Shown here piece after piece: positions 36,731 to 49,137 of a stretch of DNA of 64,000 bases. Below the pieces are notes generated by a model, which was not told where the DNA came from, made no database searches, and saw only the letters and a program-made list of their open reading frames with translations. The stretch is taken from contig OX597821.1 of NCBI GenBank assembly GCA_951406725.2, forward strand, positions 57,164,001 through 57,228,000, given 5' to 3'. The DNA comes from Octopus vulgaris (taxonomy: Eukaryota). The position numbers were made by a program, and so were the translations under genes. The number at the start of each line of letters is the position of its first letter. Position 1 is the first letter of the stretch.

Positions 36731-37285
36731 ATATACAAGTGTATATTTGTTGATCGATGTACTTATGTGTGTACGCACAAGTATATGTCCACATGTATGC
36801 ATATATATATATATAGTTGCCAAAATTTAGGTATGTACATAAGCATGTGTACAGAAATCTATGCACATGTATGTATATGTGAGTGCATGTATGTATGTGT
36901 ATGGGCATATATAAATAGGTTTGTGTGTGAGAATGTGTGTATGAGTCTGTGCATATGTGTGTGTGAGTAGGAAATTCACATGTGCTGCCAGCCATGAAGA
37001 ACAAACCTGAAATACAAACAAGTAAAAGACAATACCACTAAAAGGCTAGCCTGTACCACACCTTACCTTCCATAGTAGTTGGACAAACTTGCTCTCACAG
37101 CTAACACCAAGAAGATTTCAGCTACAACCAAATTCAAGCTACTACAAACAGAGAAGATGGACTTGAAATTGAAGATTTTAAACTAATGGAGACAACATTT
37201 GTATATTGCCTGAGGAAACACAATTAGATCTTGTTATGCAATCAAACAGTTGCATAATCAAAATATCTCTTGTGTTGAAACGATT
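35380..37285. repeat. Large inverted repeat: ~560-bp arms (35380-35945 and 36725-37285) around a ~780-bp spacer containing a family C SINE
   Basis: For example gtaaggtgtggtacaggctagccttttagtggtattgtc (~35608) versus gacaataccactaaaaggctagcctgtaccacaccttac (~37028). The degenerate CA/TG inner parts are also complementary. Confidence 0.92.
36412..36700 (+). mobile_element. SINE family C, young copy
   Basis: CpG-rich internal units, ggcgttaggaagggcatccagctgtagaaa, (GAT)n tail. Confidence 0.9.
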
Positions 37286-37323
37286 CTAGTGAATAATAAA
37301 CAAATGTCCCTCTTCCCGACACC

Positions 37324-37380
<57 letters not shown>

Positions 37381-38036
37381 TTTGTCTCTCCTTGTCTTGA
37401 CATTACGTTATTGTTATAAACGAATGTCATTCATTTCCAATATTTTGTGGAATTATGTCCAGCCATGGGGAAATATTACCTTACTTGGCAGCAGGCTAGG
37501 GTTGACAATAGGAAGGGCATCCAGCAGTTGAAAATCTACCTCAATTCACTCTCTTGCACTCCTATGCTCTGGGCTATGCTTGCACAGAAAAGTGGACATT
37601 AAAATGATGCTGACATCAATGATGATGACGATAATGATGATTGTATACTACAAGTTTGTTGTTTCTGAGATTAGAAACCTTCATGGCTTCTAGATGTTCT
37701 TTGTTTTTTACTTAATTGACTGTATTGGTCAAACAACATGGCTATGTTGCTCAATTTTCCAAGTTAGTCCCTGCTTACCATATTCTCTTCACTGAGGATT
37801 TGGCTGGTTTGACGGCTCGTGATGGTCAGCCACATGCCATATAGCCACCTGGGATTACATCTCCCCCAGTATGCAACCAGTACTTATTTTATCAACCTCA
37901 AAAGGATGAAAAGCAAAGTTGACCTCAGTGGAATTTGCACTCAAATTATAGAGACCTGGAATAGTTGCAATAATAACAATGGTTTCAAATTTTGGCATAG
38001 GGCCAGCATTTTCAGGGAGGTGGGCAAGTTAATTAC

Positions 38037-38180
38037 TTCAGGATCAATAAAACAAGTACAAGTTGAGTTCTGGGACCAGTGTAATCGACTAACCCCTCTC
38101 CCCAAATTCCAGGCTTTTATACTTATAGTAGAAAGTATTATTAGCGAGTGAGAGAGGAGTGCATGCAATCAAAGTGACAC
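38037..38180. repeat. 144-bp inverted copy of 41220-41363, inserted in a SINE B
   Basis: Reverse-complement identity with about 3 mismatches seen. Confidence 0.92.
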
Positions 38181-38974
38181 TGGTGCACATCTGGTACTTA
38201 TTTTATTGACCTTGAAAGGATGAAAGGCAAAGTCAACCTCAGCAGAATTTGAACTCAACATAAAGACAGACCAAATTCTGTTAAGCATTTTGTCCGGTGT
38301 GCTAACAATTCTGCCAGCTCGACGCCTTCTGATGACCTAATATTATTATTATTATTTATTATGTCATTATCTTGACATGAGATCTACAATGAATGGATCT
38401 TGTTCCATGCTCTTGCTCAATGCATAATCGATTTAGAAAGTAACTTATCTGCTTGTTGTTTACACTGGAATATTCAATAGCATGAAAACAATGATTTTTC
38501 TGTTCTCTTCTGTGTCTGAAGGGATATATATATATTTAGATATGGATCACAAAACGTATGCGTCTGTGTGCATACGTGTGTGGGTGTGTGTTTGTGTGTG
38601 TGTATGTGTGTGTGTATTTACACGTATGTTGTTGTAGTTGGGTAAGGAAGAAAGAACTAGGTGGGTGTACAGTTGACTATAGTGACATCTCTCAAAGAAA
38701 ACTTTATATGCTTGACAACCTTAAACACTTTGTACAGTGTGTTTATATTTACCACCTCTGCTTAGTTTGAACTCTACCTGTATTCAAGTCTAATTGCTCG
38801 TTTTTTTCCTTCTTTCCTTTCTCCCTACCCTCCTCCACTTCCCCCTCCCCCACTGGAGGAGTTTATTGATAACTGGAGGTGACCTAGTTTTGCTTTCTTT
38901 TTCTTTATAATTGTTTGTTTTGCTTTGGTCTTTACTCCCCACCCCCAACCTTGCGCATGTATACATAACTCACC

Positions 38975-39454
38975 TTCTTTCTCTCTTTCTCTTTCATTCT
39001 ATTTCTGTGTCTCTCATTCCCCTCTCTCTATTCTCCCTCTCTCTCTAGTCTCTCTCTTGCTAGTCTCTCTTTTTCTCTAGTATCTCTCTCTCTAGTGTCT
39101 CTCTCTCTCTCTTTCTAGTCTCTCTCACTCTAGTTTCTCTCTCTTTCCAGTCTCTCTCTCTCTGGTCTCTCTCTCTAGTGTCTCTCTCTCTTTCTAGTTT
39201 CTCTCACTCTAGTCTCTCTCTCTTTCCAGTCTCTCTCTCTGGTCTCTCTCTAGTGTCTCTCTCTCTAGTGTCTCTCTCTAGTCTCTCTCTCTCTCTGGTC
39301 TCTCTAGTGACTCTCTTTCTAGTCTCTCTCTCTCTCTCTGGTCTCTCTGTCTAGTGTCTCTCTCTCTAATCTCTCCCTCTCTCTCTCTAGTCTCTCTAAT
39401 CTCTCTCTAGTCTCTCTCTCTCTCTCTCTCACTAGTCTCTCTCTCTCTCACTAG

Positions 39455-39485
<31 letters not shown>

Positions 39486-39760
39486 AGTCTCTTTCTATCC
39501 TCCTCCTCCTTATTCTCACTCTTGCTATTTACCCTCTCTCTATCTCTCTTTCCTGTCTCTTGCTCCAGTCTCTTGCACTACTTTCTCTCTTCTCTTTTTC
39601 TACTCTTTCTCCTCTTTCTCTACGCTCTCTTCTCTCCACTTTCCTCCTCTCTCTCCTCTATTCTTTATCCTCTCCCCCCTTCCCTCCACTCTTTATCTAC
39701 TCTCTGTATTCTCTCTCTTCTCTCTGTCTCTTCTTGCCTTCTCTCTCTCTCCCCCTTGCT
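38975..39760. repeat. Polypyrimidine (CT)n field with CTAGT-punctuated higher-order units
   Basis: ctagtctctctct units at about 39045-39490, then a degenerate CT-rich tract. Confidence 0.93.
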
Positions 39761-40107
39761 CGACTCTGACTCTGTCAGTCAACACTAATGCTTTCCTCAG
39801 TCAATAATCACAATGAAACTATTAAAACCTTGTTACAAATAGGTTGAGGCTTGTTTTCAGTTAAGTTCTTGTTGCTATGCAATCAGGAATCTCTTCTCAT
39901 TCTGCCAGTATTTAAATCCATTTCATCAGAGAAATTGTTTGACCCTCCCCTAGTCACAGTCACTACCATTAAACAACAAAATAGCCAGAAAACTTTTCTC
40001 TAAGAAATATATTTTCCTTCATTGATCCTTCTGATTTCTGTTTGAAAACCTATCAATCGGAAAAAAGCTGGGTGATTTCTTTTTATTGTAACTGATTTTG
40101 ATTGAGT

Positions 40108-40139
<32 letters not shown>

Positions 40140-40416
40140 CATCACTTGACGTTCGTTTTCCATGCTGGCATGAGTTAGATGGTTTGACTGGGGAGCCAGG
40201 ATGCCGCACCAAGCTCCAATCTAATCTGGCAATGTTTCTACAGCAGATGCCCTTCCTAATGCCAACCATTCTGAGAGTGTAGTAGGTTCTTTTTACATGC
40301 CGCTGGCACAGGGGCCAGTCAGGCAGCATTGGTATCAACCACATTCGGATGGCGCTTTTTACGTACTACCAGCACAGGATCCAGTCGGGGGGGCTGGCAA
40401 ATAATGATAATAATAA

Positions 40417-40675
40417 CGAAGAAGAAAGTGGGTTTGGAACCCATTGTGATTGGTACACTTGGGCAGTATTAATAACCAACTACCAACATGGCTCAAAATG
40501 AATGGAATGGCTGTAAAGATAGGCTACCTAAAAAGACTATCAGTGCTTGGAACTGCTAGAGTTTTTTTGCGGGGGTTCTTGAAGCATGACCAGTAAACAT
40601 ATGTCGCCTTTGTCTGCTGGCTGTGGACAGCTGACACTTTCCATCATACCCAGCAAAATAAGCTGTGAGTTTTCA
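40417..40675 (+). mobile_element. R4/Dong-clade retrotransposon 3' end
   Basis: KKVGLEPIVIGTLG / SINNQLPTWLKMNGMAVKIGYLKRLSVLGTARV / LRGVLEA* then a short 3' UTR. Begins after (TAA)n and ends at (TGA)n. Confidence 0.78.
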
Positions 40676-40704
40676 TGATGATGGCGGTGGTGATGATGCT
40701 GATG

Positions 40705-41260
40705 ATGGAGTGTTTTGATGCAGGACTAGACAGTGGCTCTCATGACTTCTCATCTTAACTGCCTGAAAGTGTTATCATGTCTTGGTATAAAAGATGGGCT
40801 ACAGCAAATATTCTGCTCAATACCACTGATTTGATAGTCAGTTGTTTGACCTTAACCTGTTGAGCATGTCCCTTAGTGGCTGATGATACGTGCATCTCTG
40901 ATCACAAGCAGAAGTAGTGGGGGAACATCATAGCCATGTGTTGAGAAGAATTCTTTTGTGGTTTGAATAATTGACTTCTGGAAGCATGGGTGTTTCATTC
41001 ACCAACCTTAAACAACCCTTATTCAGGGAGCTTTTCAGTGGGATGGGCTACTTGACCTGAACAAAATTCTAACTGGGCCCCCACCTGCAAGGTCATGCAC
41101 TATTTACCTTGATATGAGATCATCATGTTACACACATATGGTTGTGATGCATGTGCCTGGTTTACCTTTAACAGACAGGTAGTCATGTTGAGTATATTGG
41201 GCTTCATATATTTGTACCCGTGTCACTTTGATTGCATGCACTCCTCTCTCACTTGCTAAT
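40705..41260. mobile_element. Unclassified interspersed repeat-like segment (~550 bp)
   Basis: Higher-complexity block between a (GAT)n tract and a SINE B tail. It resembles a remembered octopus repeat, but there is no second full copy in the window. Confidence 0.35.
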
Positions 41261-42035
41261 AATACTTTCTACTATAAGTATAAAAGCCTGGAATTTGGGG
41301 AGAGTGGTTAGTCGATTACACTGGTCCCAGAACTCAACTTGTACTTGTTTTATTGACCCTGAACAGATGAAAGGCAGAGTTGATGTTGGCAGATACCAGA
41401 ATGATTCTGCCAAACCACTTCTCTCTGAGGGTGAGACCGCAGCCGACATATTATTAGGTACCTTATATGATGCCCTATTGCTTCTACCTTTCCACTATTT
41501 CAGGGATCAGCAATTCTTTTTCTGTAATGGCCCACTTTTAAATAGATTATATGGTGTCTTATGTGAATGTGCATGGTCTAGTGGTTTGGATATTGCACCC
41601 ACAATCACTAGATTGTAGGTTTGATTACTGGAGCAAGCAGTGTACTGTGTTCTTGACCAAAGCATTTCATTTCATGTTGGTCCAGTTCATTCTGGTATAA
41701 ATGGGTACGCCTGGAACAAACTGGCCTCCCAGTCACGGGGAATGTTGGCCTGCTCACCTAGCATCATTTGAATGTTAAATGATGCAAAATGCATTGTGAC
41801 CAGCAATATATGACAGCATCCAATAGTTTGGTCAGTCACATGATATACTGTCTAATATTTGTCCATTCCCACATGTATGTATTATATAATGTCTTTCATA
41901 TAAGAATATCACCATCAATCCTCCTACCATTTCTATCTCAGGTAATGCTTATCTTAGCAAAAATGAAATAATTTAGGGTCCAAGAAACTGAAAGTTATCA
42001 ATGGTTCAATGGCCCCCATATATTTGAAAGTCTGG

Positions 42036-42251
42036 TTAACTCTTTAACATGTAAAACCAGCCATATCTACTCCAAATATCCTGCCTGTTTAATGATCTAA
42101 CCAGTCAGATCCAGCCTCTCACACCTACCCTACAATGCCATTCTGAAAATAATTGCATCATTTGAAATTTCAAAGATACATGGTTAATTGAAAACAATGT
42201 TAATAAATAAACATTACATTTGACAGAGTAATCTGAATGCTTAAGGGTTAA
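42036..42251. mobile_element. piggyBac-like MITE (same family as 9747-9980)
   Basis: TTAA-CTCTTTAACAT ... ATGCTTAAGGG-TTAA; shares internal cctaccctacaat and cattacatttgacaga. Confidence 0.75.
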
Positions 42252-43169
42252 ACTTGAAAATTTCGTTAAAAAGAAGACTCAGGCACACTTGTAACTAGTA
42301 AATATGAAGGAAATCCTTTTGCCCTAAACACATTTCTTCTTCCAACCTTTATTACCAAACCCCAGTATTTATTATTTTTTTTAAAGCTTGGTACATATTC
42401 TATCGGTCTCTTTCGCTGAACCAGAATGTTATGGGGACATAAACACACCAACACCACTTGTCAGGTGGTGGTTTATTTGAAATAAACACCATCATCTTTT
42501 AAAATCTGTTTTCCATGCTAGCATGGACTGGACAGTTTGGCAGGATCCAATGACCTGCAGACCTGCATCAAGCTCCAATGTCCACTTTGGCACAGTTTCC
42601 ATCGTTTGATTCCCTTCCTACGACTAACCACCTTACACAGCGTACCGTATGCTTTGTTCCCATGGTGCCAGCAATATTAAAGCCACCAGGTAACTTGCAA
42701 GACAAAGAAAGGAAAAGAAAAAAAAAACTACCTTTACTTAGTGGAAGTGAATTTGAGAGAGTGGCAAGTGATTTTATTTCAAGTGTTGAAGGCTAAACAG
42801 CCAGCCATTGTAATTTGGTTCCACTTCAAATTCCACAATCGTCAATTCTTCAATGTTTATCTTTCAATTTTCTTTTCAAATTATGAACTTTCAGTAAAAT
42901 GCCATAGAGATATAATTGTCTGGTATATTATCATTTTAGCTCAATGAATCCTGTTTATGTTATTGAAAACAGCACTGCCTACATTCTTTGTCTTTGAATT
43001 TATTTTACTTAATTCATTGAATTTAACTAGTAAACAGAATGTGAAATGGGGTAAAAAAGAAACAAAAAGCTCTTTTATTTATTTTGTCTGTTAATTTAGA
43101 GCAGTGGTTTGCAACCTTGATATAAACAAATATGTATAATGTGTATATGTATATATAATGCATGTATGT

Positions 43170-43625
43170 ATCATTATTATCATCGTAGTTTAATGTCTGC
43201 TTACTATGCTGGCATGGGTTGGACGGTTTGACTGTGGACTGGTGAGCTAGAAAGCTGTACCAGGCTCAATCTGATCTGGCAAATTTCTACAGCTGTATGC
43301 CCTTCCTAATGCCAACCACTCCAAGAGTGTAGGGGGTGCTTTTACATGCCACCGGCACGAGGGCCAGTCAGGTGATCTGGCAATGACTACGCTCAAAAGG
43401 TGTTTTTTATGTGCTACCTGCATGGGAGCCAGTTCGGCGGCACTGGCAATGACCACGATCGAATGTTGTTTTTTACATACCACCAGCACACGTGCCGGTA
43501 AATGGTACTTTTTACATGTCACCAGCATGGGAGCCAATCCGTGGTCCTGGCAATGATCACACTCAGACATGCAGTTAACGGTCCACTGGCACGAGTGCCA
43601 ATCAGGCGGTACTGTCATCGGCCAC
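43170..43625 (-). mobile_element. SINE family C with 4-5 internal units
   Basis: Tail plus repeated gtgctttttacatgccaccggcac...gccagtcagg...ctggc units. Confidence 0.85.
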
Positions 43626-44639
43626 GTATAGGTGCTGGCGTGGTTAAGAAGTTAGATTCCCAACCATGTGAATCTGGCTTCAGTCCCACTGCTTTGCACC
43701 TTGGTCAGCTGCCTTCTACTGTAGCCTTGGCTGACCAGAGCCTTGTCAGCAGATTTGGTCAACGGAAACTGAAAGAAGCCTGCTGTATGGATGTATGTGG
43801 GTGTGTTTGTGTATGTTTGTGTTTCCTTCTCTTGTCATTGCAGTATTGTTGTTAATGATAGTCATTCATTTCTTGTATTCTGCATAAACATATCTGTACA
43901 TGCTTAAAAAGAAGCGAATATTGGCAAAAAGAAGGGTGACCAGCTGTAGAAGCCGCGTGCAAGCATGGTAAAGTGGACATTTAAATGATGGTGGTGGTGA
44001 TGATGAGTAATGCTGCACTCCATTCTGCCTAATCCAACATGTTATTTTAACCAAACAGAAGCAAAACCTATTTCTTTATGACGACCCAGCATGAGCTTCT
44101 TTTTAGATTTTTGACACAGGTATGACTGTGCAGGTAAGAAAGCTCACTTTGGGATAGAGATTAAAAAATCTAAACCAGAAAGTATTTACGAAGGATGTGT
44201 AATCTACAAATGCCACAAAGTTCAACATTTAAATGGAGATCCCCCTGCAGCAAAAAATGAAAACGATTCTTTAGATGAAATATTGTTCATGTAGTTGTGG
44301 GTTCAGTCCCACTGTGTGGCACCTGGGTTGGCCAATGGAATGTAACTTTGATAATTGGAAAACTGCTGTGTGTGTGTGTGTGTGTGCACTTGACAACCAG
44401 TGTGGGTTTGGTTACAACCCATAACTTAACAGTTTTGCAAGTGTGTATGTGTGTGTGACATTGTTCTCAACCCTGTGCTGTCTTTTCTGCTTCTCTTCAA
44501 TTGAATCCTTGCTTTTCCTTTGCAGTTTCCTTTTGGATGATACTGCACCACATCCTATAGATGGCTTTCCTCTTTGAAGAGGTCATGTTGGTTTTGAATT
44601 GTCATCAATGCCTGTGTAACTTTGCATTTTTCCTAGGAA

Positions 44640-44800
44640 GAGAGGGCTATTGGCCCTATGCAGACCAATAGGCCTGCATAGGGCCTCTCTTTTAACCTGC
44701 CTAGAATGGGAGGCCCTCCAAGAAGCTTGTGCTCTGCTGTCATAGCACTCTGGGTCTTTGGGGCATGTAAGCCACAACCTTACAGCAAAGACTGAACCTT
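44640..44800 (-). mobile_element. RTE-clade (Expander/BovB-like) 5' UTR remnant
   Basis: Minus strand ...ggcttacatgccccaaagacccagagtgctatgacagcagagcacaagcttcttggagggcctcccattctaggcaggttaaaagagag resembles remembered RTE 5' UTRs. Confidence 0.55.
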
Positions 44801-45344
44801 ATACTGGGTCTGTGATTGGTGGCTGATTGTTTATCCCCATGTCAGCCCTATTGAGTAGAGCTAAGATTGAAGGCACTCCAACCATGGCAATCCCATCGTG
44901 TGATATACCAGAAACTACATCCCCTAGTATGTCCTTCCATTTTATAAAACGATAGGAGTGTAATTTCTGGGAGATTTGGCTGCTATCTCTGGCAGTTGGA
45001 GTGACTGCATAAAAACTTCTTATCTGTGTGTGTGAGAGTAGCATAGAATATATGTGTTTGCATACATATGTATATGTGTGCCTGTGAATGTGTATGTGTG
45101 CGTGTTTAAGTAATGTATGGGTGTATGTGTATATATATAATGTATAGTATTTTCTTTGTCTAATGTAAACTTAGAATTTTTGCTTGTTCATACACTTGAC
45201 CTCTTTACAAATTACCTGTGAATAGTACTCACAAAAGGTCATTTCTTCTTGCAAACAACATCAATATAAGTGCTTATTGTTTGATATCTCTATTTAGAAG
45301 AGAGGGAGTGTGCATGTGTGTATATATACTTAGATATGTATGCA

Positions 45345-45362
45345 TCTATCTATCATTCTATG

Positions 45363-45452
<90 letters not shown>

Positions 45453-45462
45453 CATCTATCTA
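45345..45462. repeat. (TATC)n tetranucleotide microsatellite
   Basis: Long, nearly pure TATC/GATA array. Confidence 0.97.
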
Positions 45463-45749
45463 TACACACACAACATTCATATGTGTGCGTATATATAAGT
45501 GGGTGTCTTTATATGCATGTATATTTGTATATGTATGGGTGTGTATATATCTGTATATATGTCCATCTGTATGTAAGTATATATGTGTGTTGTATGTGTG
45601 TGTAAAACTTCATTCCACATGTATCTGACATTTCATTGGAATACAAGAAATATCCGAAATCAGCCACATTATCTTTCTTACATTTCTCTCCTTTATCTGA
45701 TATTTTCTTTTCTTTATCATTCCTACATTGTATTCCTCTCTTCCCCCCC

Positions 45750-45807
<58 letters not shown>

Positions 45808-46387
45808 TGTTCTATTTGTTACTCTATCTTCCCCTCATTTGTATCTTCTACCTATATCTCTTCCTCTTATCTTCGTCATGATTGCCATTGTTGTTATTGT
45901 TTTCTGTTGTTGGGAAACCACAGGTAAACAGACAAAGAAACGTTGAGAGAAACAAAAGGCAGGAAGAAAAGGAAGGAAAAAAGATACAGAGTGAGACTGC
46001 AACCCAAAAAAGTAAAAAAAAAGACAAAAACAACAAAACACAACATTTCACAATCATCCTCATTATATATATACTTACATACATATATTTATATAAATGC
46101 ACACACAAATGTGTGTGTGTTTGTGTGCACGCATGCACGTGTATGTGTTGTATGCTTCTGCACAGTTACTGTCTACCTAATTTCTTCATAAGGCACTGGT
46201 TTACCTGGCTCTATAGTAAAATGCAGTTGCTCAAGGCGTCACATAGCCATGTTATTGCCTTTCTACAATATACACACAAGCATGCACACACACACACACA
46301 AATGCATATTTATATGTTAATGTGTGTGTGTGTGTGTATTCACTTGTATAAACATATGTACATATATACCTGTGTGTGTGTATATAA

Positions 46388-46460
<73 letters not shown>

Positions 46461-46501
46461 CACACGCATATATATATACACACACACACATATATATAAA
46501 T

Positions 46502-46536
<35 letters not shown>

Positions 46537-46550
46537 CACACATATATATA

Positions 46551-46887
46551 TAGGGTGATTCAAGAGTTTCCATACATAGGAAAAATTTTATTTTTTTATA
46601 AGAGACAGTTTATAAGATCCCCTGATCTGTTTGGGGGCATTTGAAACGCATAGAAAGATATGTCATAAATCATTTAAAGGAACGCATCACCAACTCAATT
46701 TGCACACCTATCACCAGATGTGCTATTACGAGTTCACAATGAGTGGGGTAAATGTATTGCAATGTGTATTCAAAACAATGGTAACCATACAGAGCCTGTT
46801 AAATAAATAAAAAAAAACTGTTCTTATAAACTGTTTCTTATAAAAAGATAAATTGTTCCTATGTATGGCAACTTTTGAATTACCCTG
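46551..46887 (+). mobile_element. Tc1/mariner-family MITE retaining the transposase C-terminus
   Basis: ~65-bp TIRs (AGGGTGATTCAAGAGTTTCCATACATAGG... ; right end reverse complement CAGGGTAATTCAAAAGTTGCCATACATAGG...) in a TA tract. The interior translates to RSPDL / WGHLKRIERYVINHLKERITNSI / PDVLLRVHNEWGKCIAMCIQNNGNHTEPVK*. Confidence 0.88.
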
Positions 46888-46911
46888 CATATATATATAT
46901 GTTTGTATTTA

Positions 46912-47119
46912 TGGAGATGTACTTGCATAGCAAGTGACCTGACCTGAAATCGTGTGCTGAAACAAAAACAGTTGCAGTGTGGAAGGCTGTTTATAAGCCA
47001 TTTAAAAACACAAATGAAAACTGTTAGTTTCACTTCAACATTTGAATTTAATCTGCCAAAATATTTTTGTAACTTTGAGACTGCGACCTGTTCACTGACA
47101 AAATTCCGTGCTGCATCTC
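46912..47119. mobile_element. TA-tract-embedded repeat (colinear version of 31408-31637), possibly Penelope-like
   Basis: gtacttgcatagcaagtgacctga...ttcactgacaaaattccgtgctgc followed by (TA)n. Confidence 0.7.
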
Positions 47120-47121
47120 AT

Positions 47122-47172
<51 letters not shown>

Positions 47173-47247
47173 TATTTAGTGTCTCTACCAACACACACAT
47201 GTATGTGTGTGTTTGCATGTGTATGTATATGTATGTCTGTATATATG

Positions 47248-47668
47248 TGTGGCTGTGTGGTAAGTGGCTTCCTTACCTACCACATGGTTCCAGGTTCAGT
47301 CCCACTACATGGCACCTTGGGCAAGTGTCTTCTACTATAGAGTTGAACCAGTAGCTGATTTTTTGCACCCTGTCTTCTAGTATAGCCCAGGGCCAACCTT
47401 GTGAGGGGATTTGGTAGATGCAAACTGAAAGAAGCCCATTGTATATATATATATGTTTGTGTGTCTGTGTTAGTTTCCCCTCCATCACTTGACAACCAAT
47501 GTTGGTGTGTCTGCATCCCTGTAACATAGCAGTTCAGCAAAAGAGACCAATAGTATAAGTACTAGGTTTACAAAGAATAAGTTCTGGGGTTGATTTGCTC
47601 AACTAAAGGCGGTGCTCCAGCATGGCTCTAGTGTAATGACTGAAACGAATAAAAGAGTGAAAAAGAGT
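47248..47668 (+). mobile_element. SINE family A carrying a 30-bp foreign insert
   Basis: Family A head and tail; insert at 47341-47370. Confidence 0.88.
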
Positions 47669-48878
47669 ATATATATTTGTATACGTATGTATGTGTGTGT
47701 TGTGTGTAATTGGGGTTGACATGTATAAAGCGCAGGTATGCAAATTAACCCATCTAGAGTGGTGGTGGCCTTAATTCCTGACTCATTTACGTGGCAGCTA
47801 AATATTCTTTGCTATTTATTTGGTGAGGGAAATTAGCTGTATCTTGTTTGGGCTAGGGGGTGGTCAGTGACATGGTGTTGGCGGGTGGCCAGTGTCAGTC
47901 CATCTGGTGTCCCCTCTCCACATCTTTTCCTTGTGCATCAGAAATACTGTATGAACATGCTTACATTGTTGTAATTTCCCATCTCAGCTAAAGTCTTTCT
48001 AACATGGATATTTACTTTGGCCCTTTGAATTTTTGCTGCATTCTTCATAAAACATGTATGTGTGTGTGTGTGCATGTATATATTTGAATGATAGAGAGAG
48101 AAAGTGTGTGAAGGTTTATATATAAATATATATATATATATATATGCATGCATGTATCTTTGTGTGTATATATGTATATATAGGTTTAGATATGTATGTG
48201 TAAATGCATATATATATGTGTGTGCGTGCGTGTGTGTATGTGTGTGTGTCTGCTTATGGGTATATAGGTATATATGTCTGTCTAAATAAGCATGTTACAT
48301 GTGTGTGTGTCTATGTTTGTGTATATATTTATGTCTATATACACATACACATATGTACATTTAGTTTTTCTGTATAGACATGCATAAATTCTTTCTTCAA
48401 GAAAAAAAAAAAGAAAAGAAAACATAGAAATTGGAACAGTCAGACAAAACAGTGAGTAAATTTCTTGGAGAATAGAAATTGGAAGAGAAATAATGCCTAA
48501 GTCGGTAATTGCTGCTTATAGCAATTTATTCCTGTTGCTGAAGCTGTTACTGGAAGCAGCAGCTGTGCAGCTTATCAGGTAAGAATTCTTTGAGTTGTAC
48601 TTCAACAGGAGCCAATATATGGCAGGAAACAGCCATTAAGAATCACAAGCTTTACAAGGGATGGTTTCTGTTGGAAGTATACAAAGAAAGAGGAGAAGAA
48701 GAAGAGCTATGTGTTGAATTAATGGCTGTGTGGAATTTTGGCTGAGAATACAAAGCCTTCAAGAAATATTTTACTCAACTTACAAATTCTTTAATCCGGT
48801 CACTGACTTTTGGTTCTTTATAGGCCAGGCAAAATAGCTGTGTATGAATGTGTGTGTGTGTGTATATATATACATATA

Positions 48879-49106
48879 GGCGGCGAGCTGGCAGAAACGT
48901 TAGCACGCCGGGCGAAATGAGTAACCGTATTTCGTCTGCCGTTACGTTCTGAGTTCAAATTCCGCCGAGGTCGACTTTGCCTTTCATCCTTTCGGGGTCG
49001 ATAATTTAAGTACTAGTTACGCACTAGGGTCGATGTAATCGACTTAATCCCTTTGTCTGTCCTTGTTTGTCCTCTCTGTGTTTAGCCCCTTGTGGGCAAT
49101 AAAGAA

Positions 49107-49108
<2 letters not shown>
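48879..49108 (+). mobile_element. SINE family B, young full-length copy
   Basis: GGCGGCGAGCTGGCAGAAACGTTAGC...GAGTTCAAATTCC (B box)...GTCGACTTTGCCTTTCATCCTTTCGGGGTCGATAA...AATAAAGAAAT; CpG-rich. Other copies at about 51418-51860 (two), 52775-52985, 57757-58145 (two), 59655-59850(-), 60603-60815 and 62980-63082(-). Confidence 0.92.
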
Positions 49109-49137
<29 letters not shown>

